Positions 25,916 through 38,940 of a DNA stretch of 64,000 nucleotides are shown here, one piece after another; position 1 is the stretch's first letter, and each line of letters opens with the position of its first letter. Source of the DNA: Camelus dromedarius. Its lineage: Eukaryota. The stretch spans positions 96,412,001 to 96,476,000 of the forward strand of contig NC_087437.1 of the NCBI RefSeq assembly GCF_036321535.1, in the 5' to 3' direction. The notes under the pieces were generated by a model. The model made no database searches. It had not been told where the DNA came from and saw only the letters and a program-made list of their open reading frames with translations. Both the position numbers and the translations under genes were made by a program.

Positions 25916-28900
25916 CTTTCTTCAGAAAGTGGTTTCTATACAGTCATATTACTAATTCTATTGCTAACCACCACCACTGTTTGGAAAACCAACTGGAGGC
26001 ATTCTTTTATTGTTCTCATTACCACTCATCACAAAGAAATTTTAGAAATATCTGATAAAAACCTGCACAGCACTTGTATAGCTAATATGAATTGAGCAAT
26101 CTTACACTTATGACAGCAAGGAACATAGGACAGTTCTGAAAATGACTTGAATGAAATCTTTATCTGAACATCAGCAGGCAAAGGACCAGGGTAGAAATTA
26201 TACAATGAGAAGGAAATTGAACAATTCAGATATGTTTATGGAAGGCTTGCAACTTGGGGCATCTCATTTGCCATCAAATAAAGCTGTTATTCATGATGTG
26301 CAGCAACAATAAAAAGTAGCTGCCTGGTATAAAAATTTTGCCAGCAGGGCAAATTCAGGCAAATAAGCAGTTTTCAAATACATGCATTGAAGAGGAAAGA
26401 AAAAAAAATAAACCTATAAAATGCTTGTATGTATGCTTCCCTCTCCAACTCTGTCCTTAATATACATGATAATGCCTAAAGCCAGCAATTCATGAGTAGG
26501 TCATTATTTCCTAAAATACACATTTTTGTTCTATGTAAAGGCCACAATAATAATGTTTTTTTTCTTACAGACCTAAAAAATGACATAGCTATCTTTAAGA
26601 AAGTACCCAAAGATACAAGAAAACTGGAAAGTGTCTTTTCTTTCATTTTGATGGATTGCTTTAATGCTATACAGACCAAGATCATTTCTTACATTTTGAG
26701 GCACTCTAACGTTATCCACAAATACAAGTTTCACTAAGATTCCCCACTCAGAACATCACACTGCTCCAAAGTTTTATTTACGTAAAGGCTGAGATTCTAG
26801 TACTTAAAACAGTATTTCCACAAGAAGAAGACAGTGAAACATACAGGAAACTTTCAAGCTCACCACACTTTTCTTCATTATCATTTCAATGTCTTCTTGG
26901 TAAAAAATTAGCTATGTAGCCCAATTACCTGGATAAAAGCCTTATGCTCCAATTCTTCTCATTTAATCACACTCAGCATTTACTAGATTAACTGCAGATT
27001 ATCTCCTAACCTAACCTAATCCTGGTTGCACCTGCCTTAACAATATGGACCCCATCTGTGTTTTCTAAAAAGTATGATTTTTTAAAATATATTAATTTTT
27101 TTAACATTTGCCAAAAAACACAGGAAATAAAAGCTGTCTCTGTGTTCCTCCCACCCCACCAAAAAATAAATACACATTATAAATGATTAATTAACTAGGT
27201 ATTCCTTCTATCAGGATACTCCTCTAATATGGAAAATTAAACAAGCATTTTGGGATGGGACTAGGGACTCACCACTAGAGCTGTTTCTATTATTAGATAT
27301 GCAATTCCAAAACAAATCAGTTCTTTCAATACATTAGCTTTATTATTCTAGCCTCACATACCAGTGAAATATGGAATCAGTTACTTAAACTGTTTACTCC
27401 ATAGAAAATCAACAGTTTAGAAAAAATGGCATTTTTTATATCAAATACCTAATCCTACTAATTTTCTTGACCTGTAACTAAATATATTAGTCTTTTTTAA
27501 AACACTGAATACTTGTCATTGAAGATACTTAATAACTGAAGCATGTTCAAATTCCATTTTAACTCCACTAGTCGTATTCTGTGGTCCTTTAAAGATCTTT
27601 GTCTGCTTTTTTTCCTCTTTTCATTTTACGTGGTCTAATAAATGATTTAAAAATAATCATCACAACATTGCCTCATTGCTCTGTATCAACCATGTTCGTG
27701 TGTTTTGCCTTCTGCATTTTCTCTCTAGAGTCATTTATCTGAAATGCATGAGCTTAGTCTTCTTGATGTTCATCTGCTCCTTTGTCACCCCTCTCTAGTG
27801 AGGTCATGATGATTATGTCTGAGATCTCATGAACAATTCCAGAACAGCCAGATGTGGGGGTCTAACCAAAGCATGGGAGGAGCAGATGGTATCTAAAAAC
27901 AGAGTGCATTTCCATGAAAATATCCCCAATAATGAGAACTAGAAGAAACTCAATGTGGAAACTATGAAGTTAAACACTTCCTTCAAACAAAGATTTTTTT
28001 AATCCCTTTGATCAAAATAAAATATGAGCTCTAGCTTGTTGGAATATTAAAAATAGGTCTGTGGCCCCCCTTCCCTGATGCCTTTTCTAAAACTTAGCTT
28101 TAGAATTGTAAATAACCACATTTTCTTTGTTTTACCCAAGCATACTATTACTAACCACAGTTGTTTATTGGAAATTTTTTAAGTTTAGTGGAATGTTTCA
28201 AGGACACTGGGATTAAACTTCAACCAGTACTTATAGATTTAGTATTTAGCAAAACAAATTTGATTACATTGGTTTGTGGAGTCAAGTTTGAGGGTTTTCT
28301 GGCAAAAAAACCCCCAGAAACTTGACTAATAAAATCATTCAGGATAAACGCCTTTCACTGATTATGCATACATTTAAAAGGCTACTATTTCATACTGGAA
28401 AGTAATACAGATTTTTTCCTAATTTTTACAACATGTTTCTAAAAGAAATTAATTCAGCACCCAGATTAGTAAATGCTTATGTGATCTCAGAATCAATTTG
28501 CTTTGTGATGTTCTTATTTTATGTTTTGTGTGGACCCAAGGAATAGCTTATTTAGACAGGATATGCAACTTGCAAGTTAATTGTTAGGTTCAAATAAAAT
28601 AAAGTAACAAATACAGGAAATACAATTAATATATAATTTCATCTCAAATTAGGTATTTTGTTGTTATATTTTAAAGTACTTTTTAAAAAAGTACTGTGAA
28701 CTCAATTCAAGTTCAATTAACCTAATATATTGCAACATGAAAATAATTTGTTGTCGAAACTCACTAATTTTTGAACATGAATAGCCTTTATTAAAGAATC
28801 TCCCTAATTTCCTTTCTGGTCATAAGCATGAATAGAATTGGCAGCCTTATTCCAAGCTTAATATTTTAGAGGGCTAATCTTGGGACAGAAATGTCATCAT

Positions 28901-29269
28901 TCTTAGAGCAAAGTTTTTCCTTCTGAGAAAAAAGTACTGTACCTTCTGATAATCGTGCGTGCCCTATGGATGGAAAAGGCAAACTGTTCATGTTTGAAAG
29001 AAAAAAAAGAGACATTTTAAGGATCCCCAACTTATCTTTGTGACAGTGCCTCTTCAGAAATAGTAGTTGACATTCTGATAGCTATAAATTGCTGATGTTC
29101 ATTCAAAAAGTAAACAACTTCTTCCGGACATAAAACCAACCCTTTAAGTTATTTGTCCCATACAAACTTATGATGAAACCTGATCTCCTGGGGACCATCT
29201 CTCCTCCTTTTTTCTTTTTATAGAACTTGTATTTCCAAGTATTTGTTGGACAAGGACATCACCTTACCC

Positions 29270-30440
29270 TGGAGACATGCTAAACTTAGCAAAACAAAAG
29301 TAGAACTTGTTTCTCTCTTTTCCCATCACAAATATCTTCCACATCCTCCATTTTTGACCTTGGTAAAAGGTATCACCAACTCATTCAGTGACACAAAGTA
29401 GAAAGTATGCTTTTACTCACTACTACTCTTTGCCAGCAACAAACCTTTGTGGGCTGCCTATACTGGCTCAAGCAGTGGTGACATACACCAGGCTTAGGGA
29501 GAGAAAACAAGACCTTTCCCTCTCTTTGCTCTCCAAGTTTGTGTAGAAAATGCCCCCACTTTTATCAGCTACTTCCTAATGGAAGGACCTCATTTGTTTC
29601 CTGGAGGACCACTGCTAAAATTTCTAATTGTTTCACATACCAGCAGTCTCCCCCAGCTCTAGTCCAACTACCATACTGCTACTACAAGGATTACCCTTAA
29701 ATAAAGAGCAAAAGAAAAAAAAAAAAAGGAGGAAAAGGAAGAGGAGAAGAAGAAAAAAAAAAAAGAAAGAAAGAAGATAGAAAGATGGAAGGTTGAAAGA
29801 GAAGGACAGAGGGTGATAAAGAAGAAAATCTCTCTTGACTTCCTATTGCTCATAAGGTAAAACATACTTTTGCTTAAAGAGGTCCTTTGTCCTCTACTCT
29901 CTAACCGTTCAGTCTCACTTCCCATAATGCCACACTCTTCACACGACTGCGCCTGAGACTGGCTCTCTGTTCACCTACACAGCCTCCTGGGACCCTTCCA
30001 AAAATTCTCCAACTGTGCAAGTAGGATCCTCTGTCTACCCTTTTCTTTTTCTTCACCAGGCATATTCCTGCTCATTCATTAACCCATCTCAAATGTCATT
30101 ACTATGAGGCTATTCCTGTCTTTCCCAAGCCGTCACGAGAACCCCCATGCTTTATATTCCATCTTATCCTTAATAGGTTATTAACAGAGCTTATCTTTCG
30201 TGATTCCATGGTACCTTGCACAAAGCTCAGCTGTCACAATTTCTGCACTTTTAGTTTATGAGCTCACTTTTCCCATCAAAGCTTGACGGCTCATTAACTG
30301 AATCTTAGCACTTACAATGTTACACTGTGTATCTTTGGTATATGTGTCTCTCATCTGTATGATATCATTACCTTGAAGCCAAGGTTACCTTATCTATCAT
30401 AAGTTAGGCTCAGATGCTATTCAAGAAATGACTGTGAATT
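29270..30440 (+). mobile_element. Fragmented L2 LINE(s) with an internal purine-rich low-complexity insert (~29700-29830)
   Basis: 'ttggtaaaaggtatcaccaactcattcagt', 'tcctgctcattc...tctcaaatgtcatt', 'ccttgaagccaagg...ctattcaagaaat'. Confidence 0.5.
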
Positions 30441-31392
30441 ATTGTCTTTGCTTCTTCCTTCTTGGCGTCTACTCTAAGTCAGAGAATGACCCACCACTTA
30501 GTGTGCTTTATGTCTAGCAACCATTCAGTAAGTATGATCACTAATGATCTTACATAGACCCAATTTGGAGGGAGATGAGTTCTGAGTGGACTAGGGGTGT
30601 GTAGCAAAGAAACTAATGTAGGCAAATAAACAGAGGTATAAAATCTTAATAACCCAGCATAATACTAAAAAACATCATTTTTATTCTGTAATTAAGTTAA
30701 AGAGCACAGATACAGACAGAGTTAGAGATAAAGACAGATAGAGAAATAAAAGGACAGACTTTTTTGCCCTCAATCTTTAGAATTTTTCAAGGTGTATCTG
30801 CTAAATTCAAAAGCATAAAGTAAGTTAATATTAACCATATGTGTATTTAAACAATTTTTGAAGAAGACTATCTTGTCTTCAAATTTTAACTCCTTTTTGT
30901 TGTGTAATAGTATGTTTGTGAAGGTCCATCTTTCTCGCCTACTGCCGTGGAATTGAAAATGTCAAATGTAATGAAAGAGATAACCTTACAAAATAGATAC
31001 GTGTCTTGCTCTTACTGTCCTAAAGGGAATTCTCTTATGGGCTGTGTGGAGTTTTCAGGACCACAAGTAAACCTGAGCTATAGAGCTTAATAACTGCCAC
31101 CTTTGTGGCAGGTTTGTGTCTCACTAGGGCATACACCATCAAAAAAAAAAAAAAAATCCTGAAAAATAGCTTGTGTCAATTTTTTTCCCGCCAGGCTTGT
31201 CACTCCTCTGAGCACTATCAAAGAACTATTGCCTCTTCTTCCACCACAAAGCCTGGTATACCATCAGGAATATCCTGCCTTTAAAAGTCCCTATGTATGC
31301 AACAGATGAGAAAGGGAAGGTGGGAGCGAAGCAGACTTGTGATGTTAGAATGAATGAAACAGTGAATGCTTCATCTTATCCTAAGCTTGGGC

Positions 31393-31393
<1 letters not shown>

Positions 31394-31426
<33 letters not shown>

Positions 31427-31441
31427 AAAAGAAAAAAAAAA
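31394..31441 (+). repeat. Long poly(A) tract
   Basis: A31 followed by gaaaaagaaaaaaaaaa. Confidence 0.95.
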
Positions 31442-31929
31442 TCTCTCTTCAGGCCTGAAAAACTATGGCAGACATTTAATGTATTGGATTGTGTAAGGAC
31501 AGAAAATTAGTGCCCGAAGCTAAGCACAGGCAATCTGGGACAGGTCCACCAAATATGTCACTGGAGATGATGTTCATCTTCATACAGGTCGATGATGCCC
31601 AAGGTGGAATTATGCAGCTAAAGTGTTAAAGTGTTTCTTTGGCCTCCTCTCACTTTCTGTTCTGCCTCGATCCTCCTAAGGTCTTCAGTCATACTGCTTT
31701 CACCCCTCAATCCCAATCTTCTTATTTTCCTCTTTGCCTGCCTGTGGAATCTGAACACAACTTTAAAGTTCTGAAATGATCACTTCATACCTACCAGTCA
31801 AAACTTCCATTCTTCCAGAGCGGCTGAGTTCATCCAGGCATTAGGAGAAAAGTACCTGTAATCTTCAACAAGATCATTCACTCTAAGGTATAAGTGCGGG
31901 CAGGAGAATTAAGAATAGATTTTGTCTTT

Positions 31930-31979
31930 AAAACAAAACAAAACAAAACAATACAAAACAAAACAAAACAAAACAAAAC
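31930..31979 (+). repeat. (AAAAC)n microsatellite
   Basis: About 10 units with one variant. Confidence 0.9.
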
Positions 31980-33099
31980 TTACTAAACCTGAATGAATTT
32001 TAAGGCAGAGTGTTTGGGACAGATATTCCAATCAGAAGCTTGCTGGTTCCTTTTGCCTAACCTGGATTAATTCCCTTTCTGTACATATTTTAGAAAAAAA
32101 AATGGTTCAAAGTACATACTTCTGAAAAATGCCTACCTCATCCCAGACTATGGGTAATTACTCTAAAAAACACAATGTGATGATTTTCATTGCTGAAGCA
32201 AGGAAATAGTTATACAAATTGGTCTTTGTTTTGCATAACATATTTGATTGCAGATGGTTATAACAACCTAGGGGACACACATTTATAAAAATTTAGGCAT
32301 ATGTGATGTTGGGTCCCAAACACATGATATAAAACTCGCTGCCAGGTTTCTTTTCAAGAGTCATGTGGGCAAATGGTTTGTCCTGTTTATTACAATAACA
32401 AATATACTTCTCTTTATCAACAGATGCACTAAAATTCAAATCACCAGTTTATAACAAAAATATAAGTTTAGGTTTTTGTTCATGTAGATTTTTCACTCAT
32501 AAGCTTCCACATTTGAATTCTGTTCATAACAATCAATGTAATAAAACTAAAATCTAAGATTCTATACCTCTTTACTTTTGTAATTGCAAAGAAGCAAAAT
32601 GCTTCCCTTTTAACAGTAAAGTTAGAAATATAGTAGAAGAAGTGGCTGATAAAATTTGGGAACAGCCAGGTTTAATTAAGGTGTCTGGGATACAACCTTA
32701 AGAATGCATGGTTGAATCAACAAATCTAAAGCTGTAACCTCCTCATGGTTAATAAAGTGGCTGAGGCTGGAATATAACCAAGCCTTAAATGAATCCATTG
32801 TAATAAACTGGCTTAAGCTAGCAGAACTGTAATCACACACATTGTATCCTGTCAAATAATTATTTTTTGGGAAAGAAAGGAGTCTCTACAGAGCATGGAA
32901 AAGAGGAGTCCAGAGCAAGAATTTAGGAGATTTCAGGCAACATCAACTAGAAATGGGGAAGAGCAGATCATTAGACACATTTCCTAATTAAAGCCAGAAA
33001 ATTTTCCACAGCCTGTGTCAAATTTGCATTAGGACTCTCTTTCTCCTCTGTTTTGATCTAGTATTCAACAAGCACCTTTCTGATATGAAACTGTACTAA

Positions 33100-33350
33100 C
33101 ACTAATATTAATAATCGCACCTAACACTGATTATTCATTTTGTGCCATACATAGACTTGTCTAACCCAATCCTGCATTATCTTTTTTTATCATTATGATA
33201 ATCCAAGAAGGTACATACAGGTACTGAGGATTTTGCAGTTAAGGCTAACAAGGTTACCTAATTAGGTCAAGGATACACAGTAAGAAATTGATGGGAGCAG
33301 GATTCAAGGCCAGAGAGTTAAATTCCGGAAGTTTTAACCACACATGCCAG
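33100..33350 (-). mobile_element. MIR SINE
   Basis: 'ctaacactga...tgtgcca...gttaaggctaacaaggttacc...tcaaggatacacagtaagaa...gagcaggattcaa...ttttaaccac'. Confidence 0.6.
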
Positions 33351-36300
33351 AACACCATCTCTGGAAAAGCAACCCACAAAGCCGAGGATGAGACTAGATC
33401 ATGAAGCCACAGCACCACAGTCCTACTGGAGAGACTCACTGGTTCATCTGCGATCTCTTTGTGTAGAGTCCTACAATTTTTAGAAATTCAAGTTGGTCAC
33501 AAACATTTCAAATAAAAACAAAGGTAAGAACAAATATGTCACTTGATTTCTTTTTAATTCCCAAAGTTTCAGGTGCTAGATGTGAATATACTTTACGTGT
33601 ATGAATACAAAATAAAGAGGTTTATTCAATACCAGAGATATTATCTGAATAGCAATGCCAATTTAATTTCTACTGTAGGAATGTCTCAAGCAATTTCAGA
33701 ATTTTTAAATACAGAGAACGAAGACTTATCAACCATTATACAAATTCCATAGCCATCCAGAAAACCAGCCATTTCAAGCATGTAAAAACAGGGAGAATAA
33801 CCTTTAGTTCAACTCTATAAGCAGTAAAACTGGGATTCTTTGAATCTCAGAAAATCCATGTACCAGATTTGCAATAGTGTTCTTTTCTTCTTTGCTTTAA
33901 ATATTTGAATTTAGTTGCCAAAAGGGATTTTTTTTTTCTAGCAAGAAGAGACTTGATTACTGATAAAATATAATACAACACTCTGGGGCACATAAACCAC
34001 ATCCAAGAAAATACCCAGCTTTATTGTTGTTCTGTCTACCCAACTGCAACTGCAAGTGTCCTCAAAATGTCATCAACAATAAACTGCAAAAGGCTTCACA
34101 TCTCCTCATTAAACACTCTCCCTAAGGCACTGGGCTGTAAACAGAAATTGCCTGGTTCCTAAGATGCCATTTATGAATTCAGACACAGACACTGGTACTT
34201 TCCACTCAATGCAAAAGTTTATATATTGAATCCTGTTTATGTAACAATCAGTGCAGGGTACACAGAAGCAAAGAGACACTCTAGATAATTACCATGTGAA
34301 TGGGCTTAATATTTTTCTGACATACCCCAAACATCTACTGCACAAGTTGAAATCTAGATTGGAAAATGTGTATTCCTGATGCCCTGGGGTTTTTCCCTTG
34401 TCAGATTCCACAGCACACCCTCAAGTGATAGAGGACACAGCTAACTTTTTCACACTGAATGACAAAGTCTATTTCATACAGAATACCGTATGATTTACCT
34501 TTTCTTTAAAAAAATGGATGAATCAAGTCAATCGAATATTGAGAAACAAGTTCACCTGGCTACTTATTTTATGTTGGAAATTAGAATTGCTAACATCTTA
34601 AAAAAAAAAAAAAAAAGACAAAAACAAAAAAACTACTTCTTTACCAAATAAAGTATTACTGAAGAAGGACAAAATGGTGTTCAGTAAATACACTTCAATG
34701 GAAAACAAGCAAAGTTTATAACATGCCATCAGATCAAGGCCCAGAATTCTTCAGTTGCCTTTTAAAGCTTTGTATGAGCTTCCATCAAATTTCTCGTTCT
34801 TAAACTTTTTTGCCTGAGCCCTATACGTCAAGCTGGTCTTCTGAAAACCCCCAAACATACTCCATAAATGTTCATACTTATTCATGAATCTAGATGGGCT
34901 TCCTTACAACAGACCCTACGCTCAGTCGTAACTGAGCTCCACTCAAAACTAGGTATGATTCTTAACAACATACTGAGGCATTTTTAGACATAAAGCATCC
35001 CCAGTTCTAGGTCATTCTGTGATACAGTATAGACACCAAACCACCAAATAAACGGTACCTAGTAATATGTCTTATGCTTGGACTTTGGGGTGAAGTCAGG
35101 GAACCAACAGTTAAAATCATATTGAGAAGTTAGAAAAATAGTGAAAGTACTGTTGGAGAAGGGATTCAGTTTGAATTTGTCTAATGCAAAAGTTCATGCA
35201 CTTTAGCCTAACTGAACTTCCATCATCTCTATGAATTCTTCCTTCATAACCCTAAACTTCAGAGCTGTTGAGAATTAAAAAATACACGACAAGCACAGTA
35301 AACACTATGTAACTACTAGTTACCATTGCTTGTGGCATTGTGCACCCGCTCCCATGACACTAAAGGCAGAGACAGGTTAGCATCTGGTAACTCAATCAGT
35401 GTATAATTAGTGTTTGATGCCTTAGATTGATTGCAAAAAATAGGTGAATGCGTGTCTCTTATTAAGCACTGTGCAAGTGCAGACCAAGTGAAAGGCATAC
35501 AGAAGCAGAGAATGAGAATTAAGGTTAAATGCCCTGCAGAAAATGGCTTAAAAGAACTCACTGTAACAATGCTAATCACCACACAGAACTCTTTGGGAGC
35601 TGTTTTTTACTGTACTTATTGGCAAAAAAAGCAACCAGGTAGGATATATACATTTCATACATGATATGGGATCTGTTAATATAAAGGGACCCTGTGTAAA
35701 CAAGGGTTACAGTGCTATTCCATTAGTCTGAACATGAGAACCAGACTGGCATTTGTTAGGTTTCACCACACAGGTAAGGAGTGAATTTTAAACCCCTAAG
35801 GACTAGACGGAGAATAAAAATAGAAACAGAAGTTCCCAGAGTTCTACCCATTCACGCCTCAGTAGAATTTTATCCACATGTATTATTCTAGAAAATCTTA
35901 CATCTAATACTGTCTACTCCATCACTTCTCCTTTCCTTTTTAAAAGCTTTGTTTCTAGTTTACTCAGTGCTAAACTAGCTTCAGATTATTTATTTTTGTC
36001 CTTAAAAGACTGCATCGGTATCAACGTTAGATCATTAATTAATGGGGAAAATCCAACTGTCAGACTCTGTTTAGGCATTAACTTGTGATTTAGGGAGACT
36101 TCAGATCAACACATCAGAAAGCAATACGGCACAGGGAAATTCAGTGGCTCTGACCAAAGAATGCAAGGGAAAGAAAAAATAAAGAGCTGCATTCCGGCAT
36201 TGTTCCTGCGATTACTGCCAAACTATCACAGATTTCAGCAGTTTATGAAAACAGTACTTTATGTTTTCAAATATGCTCTTAAATTTTTCACAGGATGTAT

Positions 36301-38739
36301 CAGATGGGAGGCATTCTTGTCATTTTTGGAAAATGTGGAGAAAACAGGCGTGCCAAAGACCAAGCACAGCATGTGGGAAGAGCACTTTACATGCTATTTT
36401 TACGCCACTTTTTTCAAAGTGCAAAGTGCTGTGAAACATTAACGGGGCAACGCTGTGTCAAAAGGTTTTCAACTATGTATCTATCTCTTTTATTGCATTA
36501 AGGTGCCCTGTTGCATTGTTAACATATGCCATTATTATTAATGCCAGCTCATCATCCTTACTGTAAATTAAGTAGCAGATCAATTGCCACATAATAGCAC
36601 AGCAAAGGGTATATGGAAAAATAATGAAATGCTGGTAGGTGACTCACGTATGAATAGCTAGATGACAACTTTAGATTTGGTTAGATATTGTCAGCCAATA
36701 AACTCTGGCTTAACAGTGTGCCCCATAGGATATGAGTTGGTACACTGTTGTCCCAGCTTGTAAAAATTTACATAGCAAGCTGTATTCCATGTCTTAAAAC
36801 ACTAATGCCCTTCAAAATGTGGCTTAAACTTTATTATTAAATTCAATAGTGGCATGTGGTTAATCATTCAATTCAGTGAGTGAGTAGCCGGTTATGTGTC
36901 TCATCATCAAGGCATTATGGGTGCACCAGAAAAGAAAAGGCTCATGGCAGTTTTGGCAGGGGAGAGAGGTACAGGAGTAGAGGGTGCATAGAGGGAGAAA
37001 GGACGAGCAGAATGAGATGGACACACTAGGAACATTTCTAATGTTTTCCTTTTAAATACAACATATAACAGTAGCCACTCAGCATAGTTCCAGAAATACT
37101 GCTCCACAGGCAGCCCGGACCCAGGAGTATGTTGTTAACCTTTGACACTTGGGATCCCCTTGTGTGCTTTATTATTCTCTTCCCTTGGCATGGTTCCTGG
37201 TCTCAAGGGTATGGCCTTAAATTGCAAAATGGGGATACAATGATGTAAGGCGTAAGAAAATAAAGAAAACCTCACCCTATAAATTATCCCCAACCCAGCT
37301 CTCTCTTTCTCCTATCTCAGAAGGTACAGACGTGCCTGTCTCTCTGATCCCAGGAATGATGCACTATGAATAAAAGGAATCTGAAGGCATTCCCAAACAA
37401 AGAACATGTTTCCCCTCCAATATTGAATCTACAACATGGATTAGAAATATTCTTGTAAAACTGTTATTACACAAAAAGGCGAGGCTTTTATAGGACTAGT
37501 TACAAGCATACTAAGCTACATTATGGGTTAAATATGCTTTAGAGGGCTGAGTAGGAACCTGAACCTTATAAAACAACATTTCTGTGATAAATGATATCTT
37601 AAGCTCCAAACTGTCTATGACTTACCCACGATCTTTTAGAATATGATTCAATTGTGAATTGGGAACTGTCTGCACTCTGTTCCTTTATGACACAAGTATA
37701 TTTCACTGTATCAGTTGAAGAAAAAAAGTTAATTGTTGGTTCTTGGAAAACAGACTGAGTAAAACAGTCTTCAAAGCAGAATTCATGCTGAGGAAGAATT
37801 AGAATAAACCTGGTAAGGAGTAAAAACAGCAAATGAGGGGTATGTCTCTAGCACCACCAGGGAGACTGCAGGAATTAGCTGGTGTTGTGTTAGTTCTTAT
37901 CCCTGAAGAAGCACTGCTAAGCTATTTGAAGCTGCTTTCTCAAAGGGATTATCTCCTTCAATCTGTTTTAATCACAACTAAATGCTTTCAATTGCTGTAC
38001 ACTGAGCTAGAATTAGAGAATCAGAATTCCGCTAGATCTCTGTGATTTGGTTGAAAAAAAAGAAACACACACTTGCTCACACATACACACATATTCTAGA
38101 AATTAAATTGTCATCTGCCATCGTTCAGGTTAATTAGAAAAAAATTAAAAGGTTATATTTTTTAACAGCACAAAATAAGATCAAGGCATCTATAAAATAT
38201 CAATACATGAAAAGGCTTTGGAGTTTAGAGGTGACTTTCAGAAGCATTCTTTAGAAAATGGCTACTATTTGAAGAAGATCACAATGGTTAAAAATAAGTG
38301 ATCTGAAAAGCAGAATGGCAAACTGAGTCATCACTTATCAGTTACGACAATTATTAATTGCTTACTTTGCCCATCGCTGAGATTTGGCATAAAAAAATTC
38401 CCACACATTTACTTATTACACTACAAATTTTGAGTGTCCTCAAAGAACATGTTAATCTACATAGTCTGATTAGAAAACTGGTCTACTTGTATGATTGGAA
38501 TCATACAATTAGACACATGCTTACTCTAGAAAAAGAAAAAGGATGATAAAAAATGCTTTCTTTCAGTATTTGTCAGACAATATAAGGTGATAATTGATAT
38601 TTTCTTAGATAAAAGGAACAATTATTTTCTTGCAATAAAACTAAAAAGACAAAAAAAAAAAACCCAACAACAACAAACAATTGTAGCTCAATCAAAGAAT
38701 TTCATCAATCTAGAATCTTCAATTTCATGATAGAAGCAG

Positions 38740-38940
38740 TATCATTCAAGGTGAAAGCATGGCCCCTGGAGCCAAACTGCCTGCATCTGAATCCTCATTC
38801 TGTCACCTTCTAGGAGTATAATCTGTCCTCTCAAATGAGATCAAAATAATACTATTTATCTTACAAGATTATGGTGAGGATTGCACGAGCAATGAGCAGC
38901 CACAATACGTGCAACCACTACGTGTTCAAAAGATAGTTAC
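38740..38940 (+). mobile_element. MIR SINE
   Basis: 'gcatggcccctggagccaaactgcctg...tgaatcct...aataactatttatcttacaagattatggtgaggatt'. Confidence 0.7.

Noticed and set aside
26923..26945. Minus-strand cttttatcCAG|GTAATT as a recursive site
   Set aside because: Very short pyrimidine tract, several AGs immediately upstream, and a weaker donor.
29668..29925. Phe/Ser-rich 85-aa ORF (and the Lys-rich ORF at 31293-31496)
   Set aside because: Artefacts of purine-rich and poly(A) low-complexity tracts.
30686..30711. Short similarity (aaagagcacagat) to my recollection of the mir-582 precursor flank
   Set aside because: Neither mature arm nor a hairpin is present.
36422..36445. caaagtgctgt resembling the 5' end of miR-93/miR-17-family miRNAs
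   Set aside because: Only about 11 nt match. The remainder and the precursor context do not fit.
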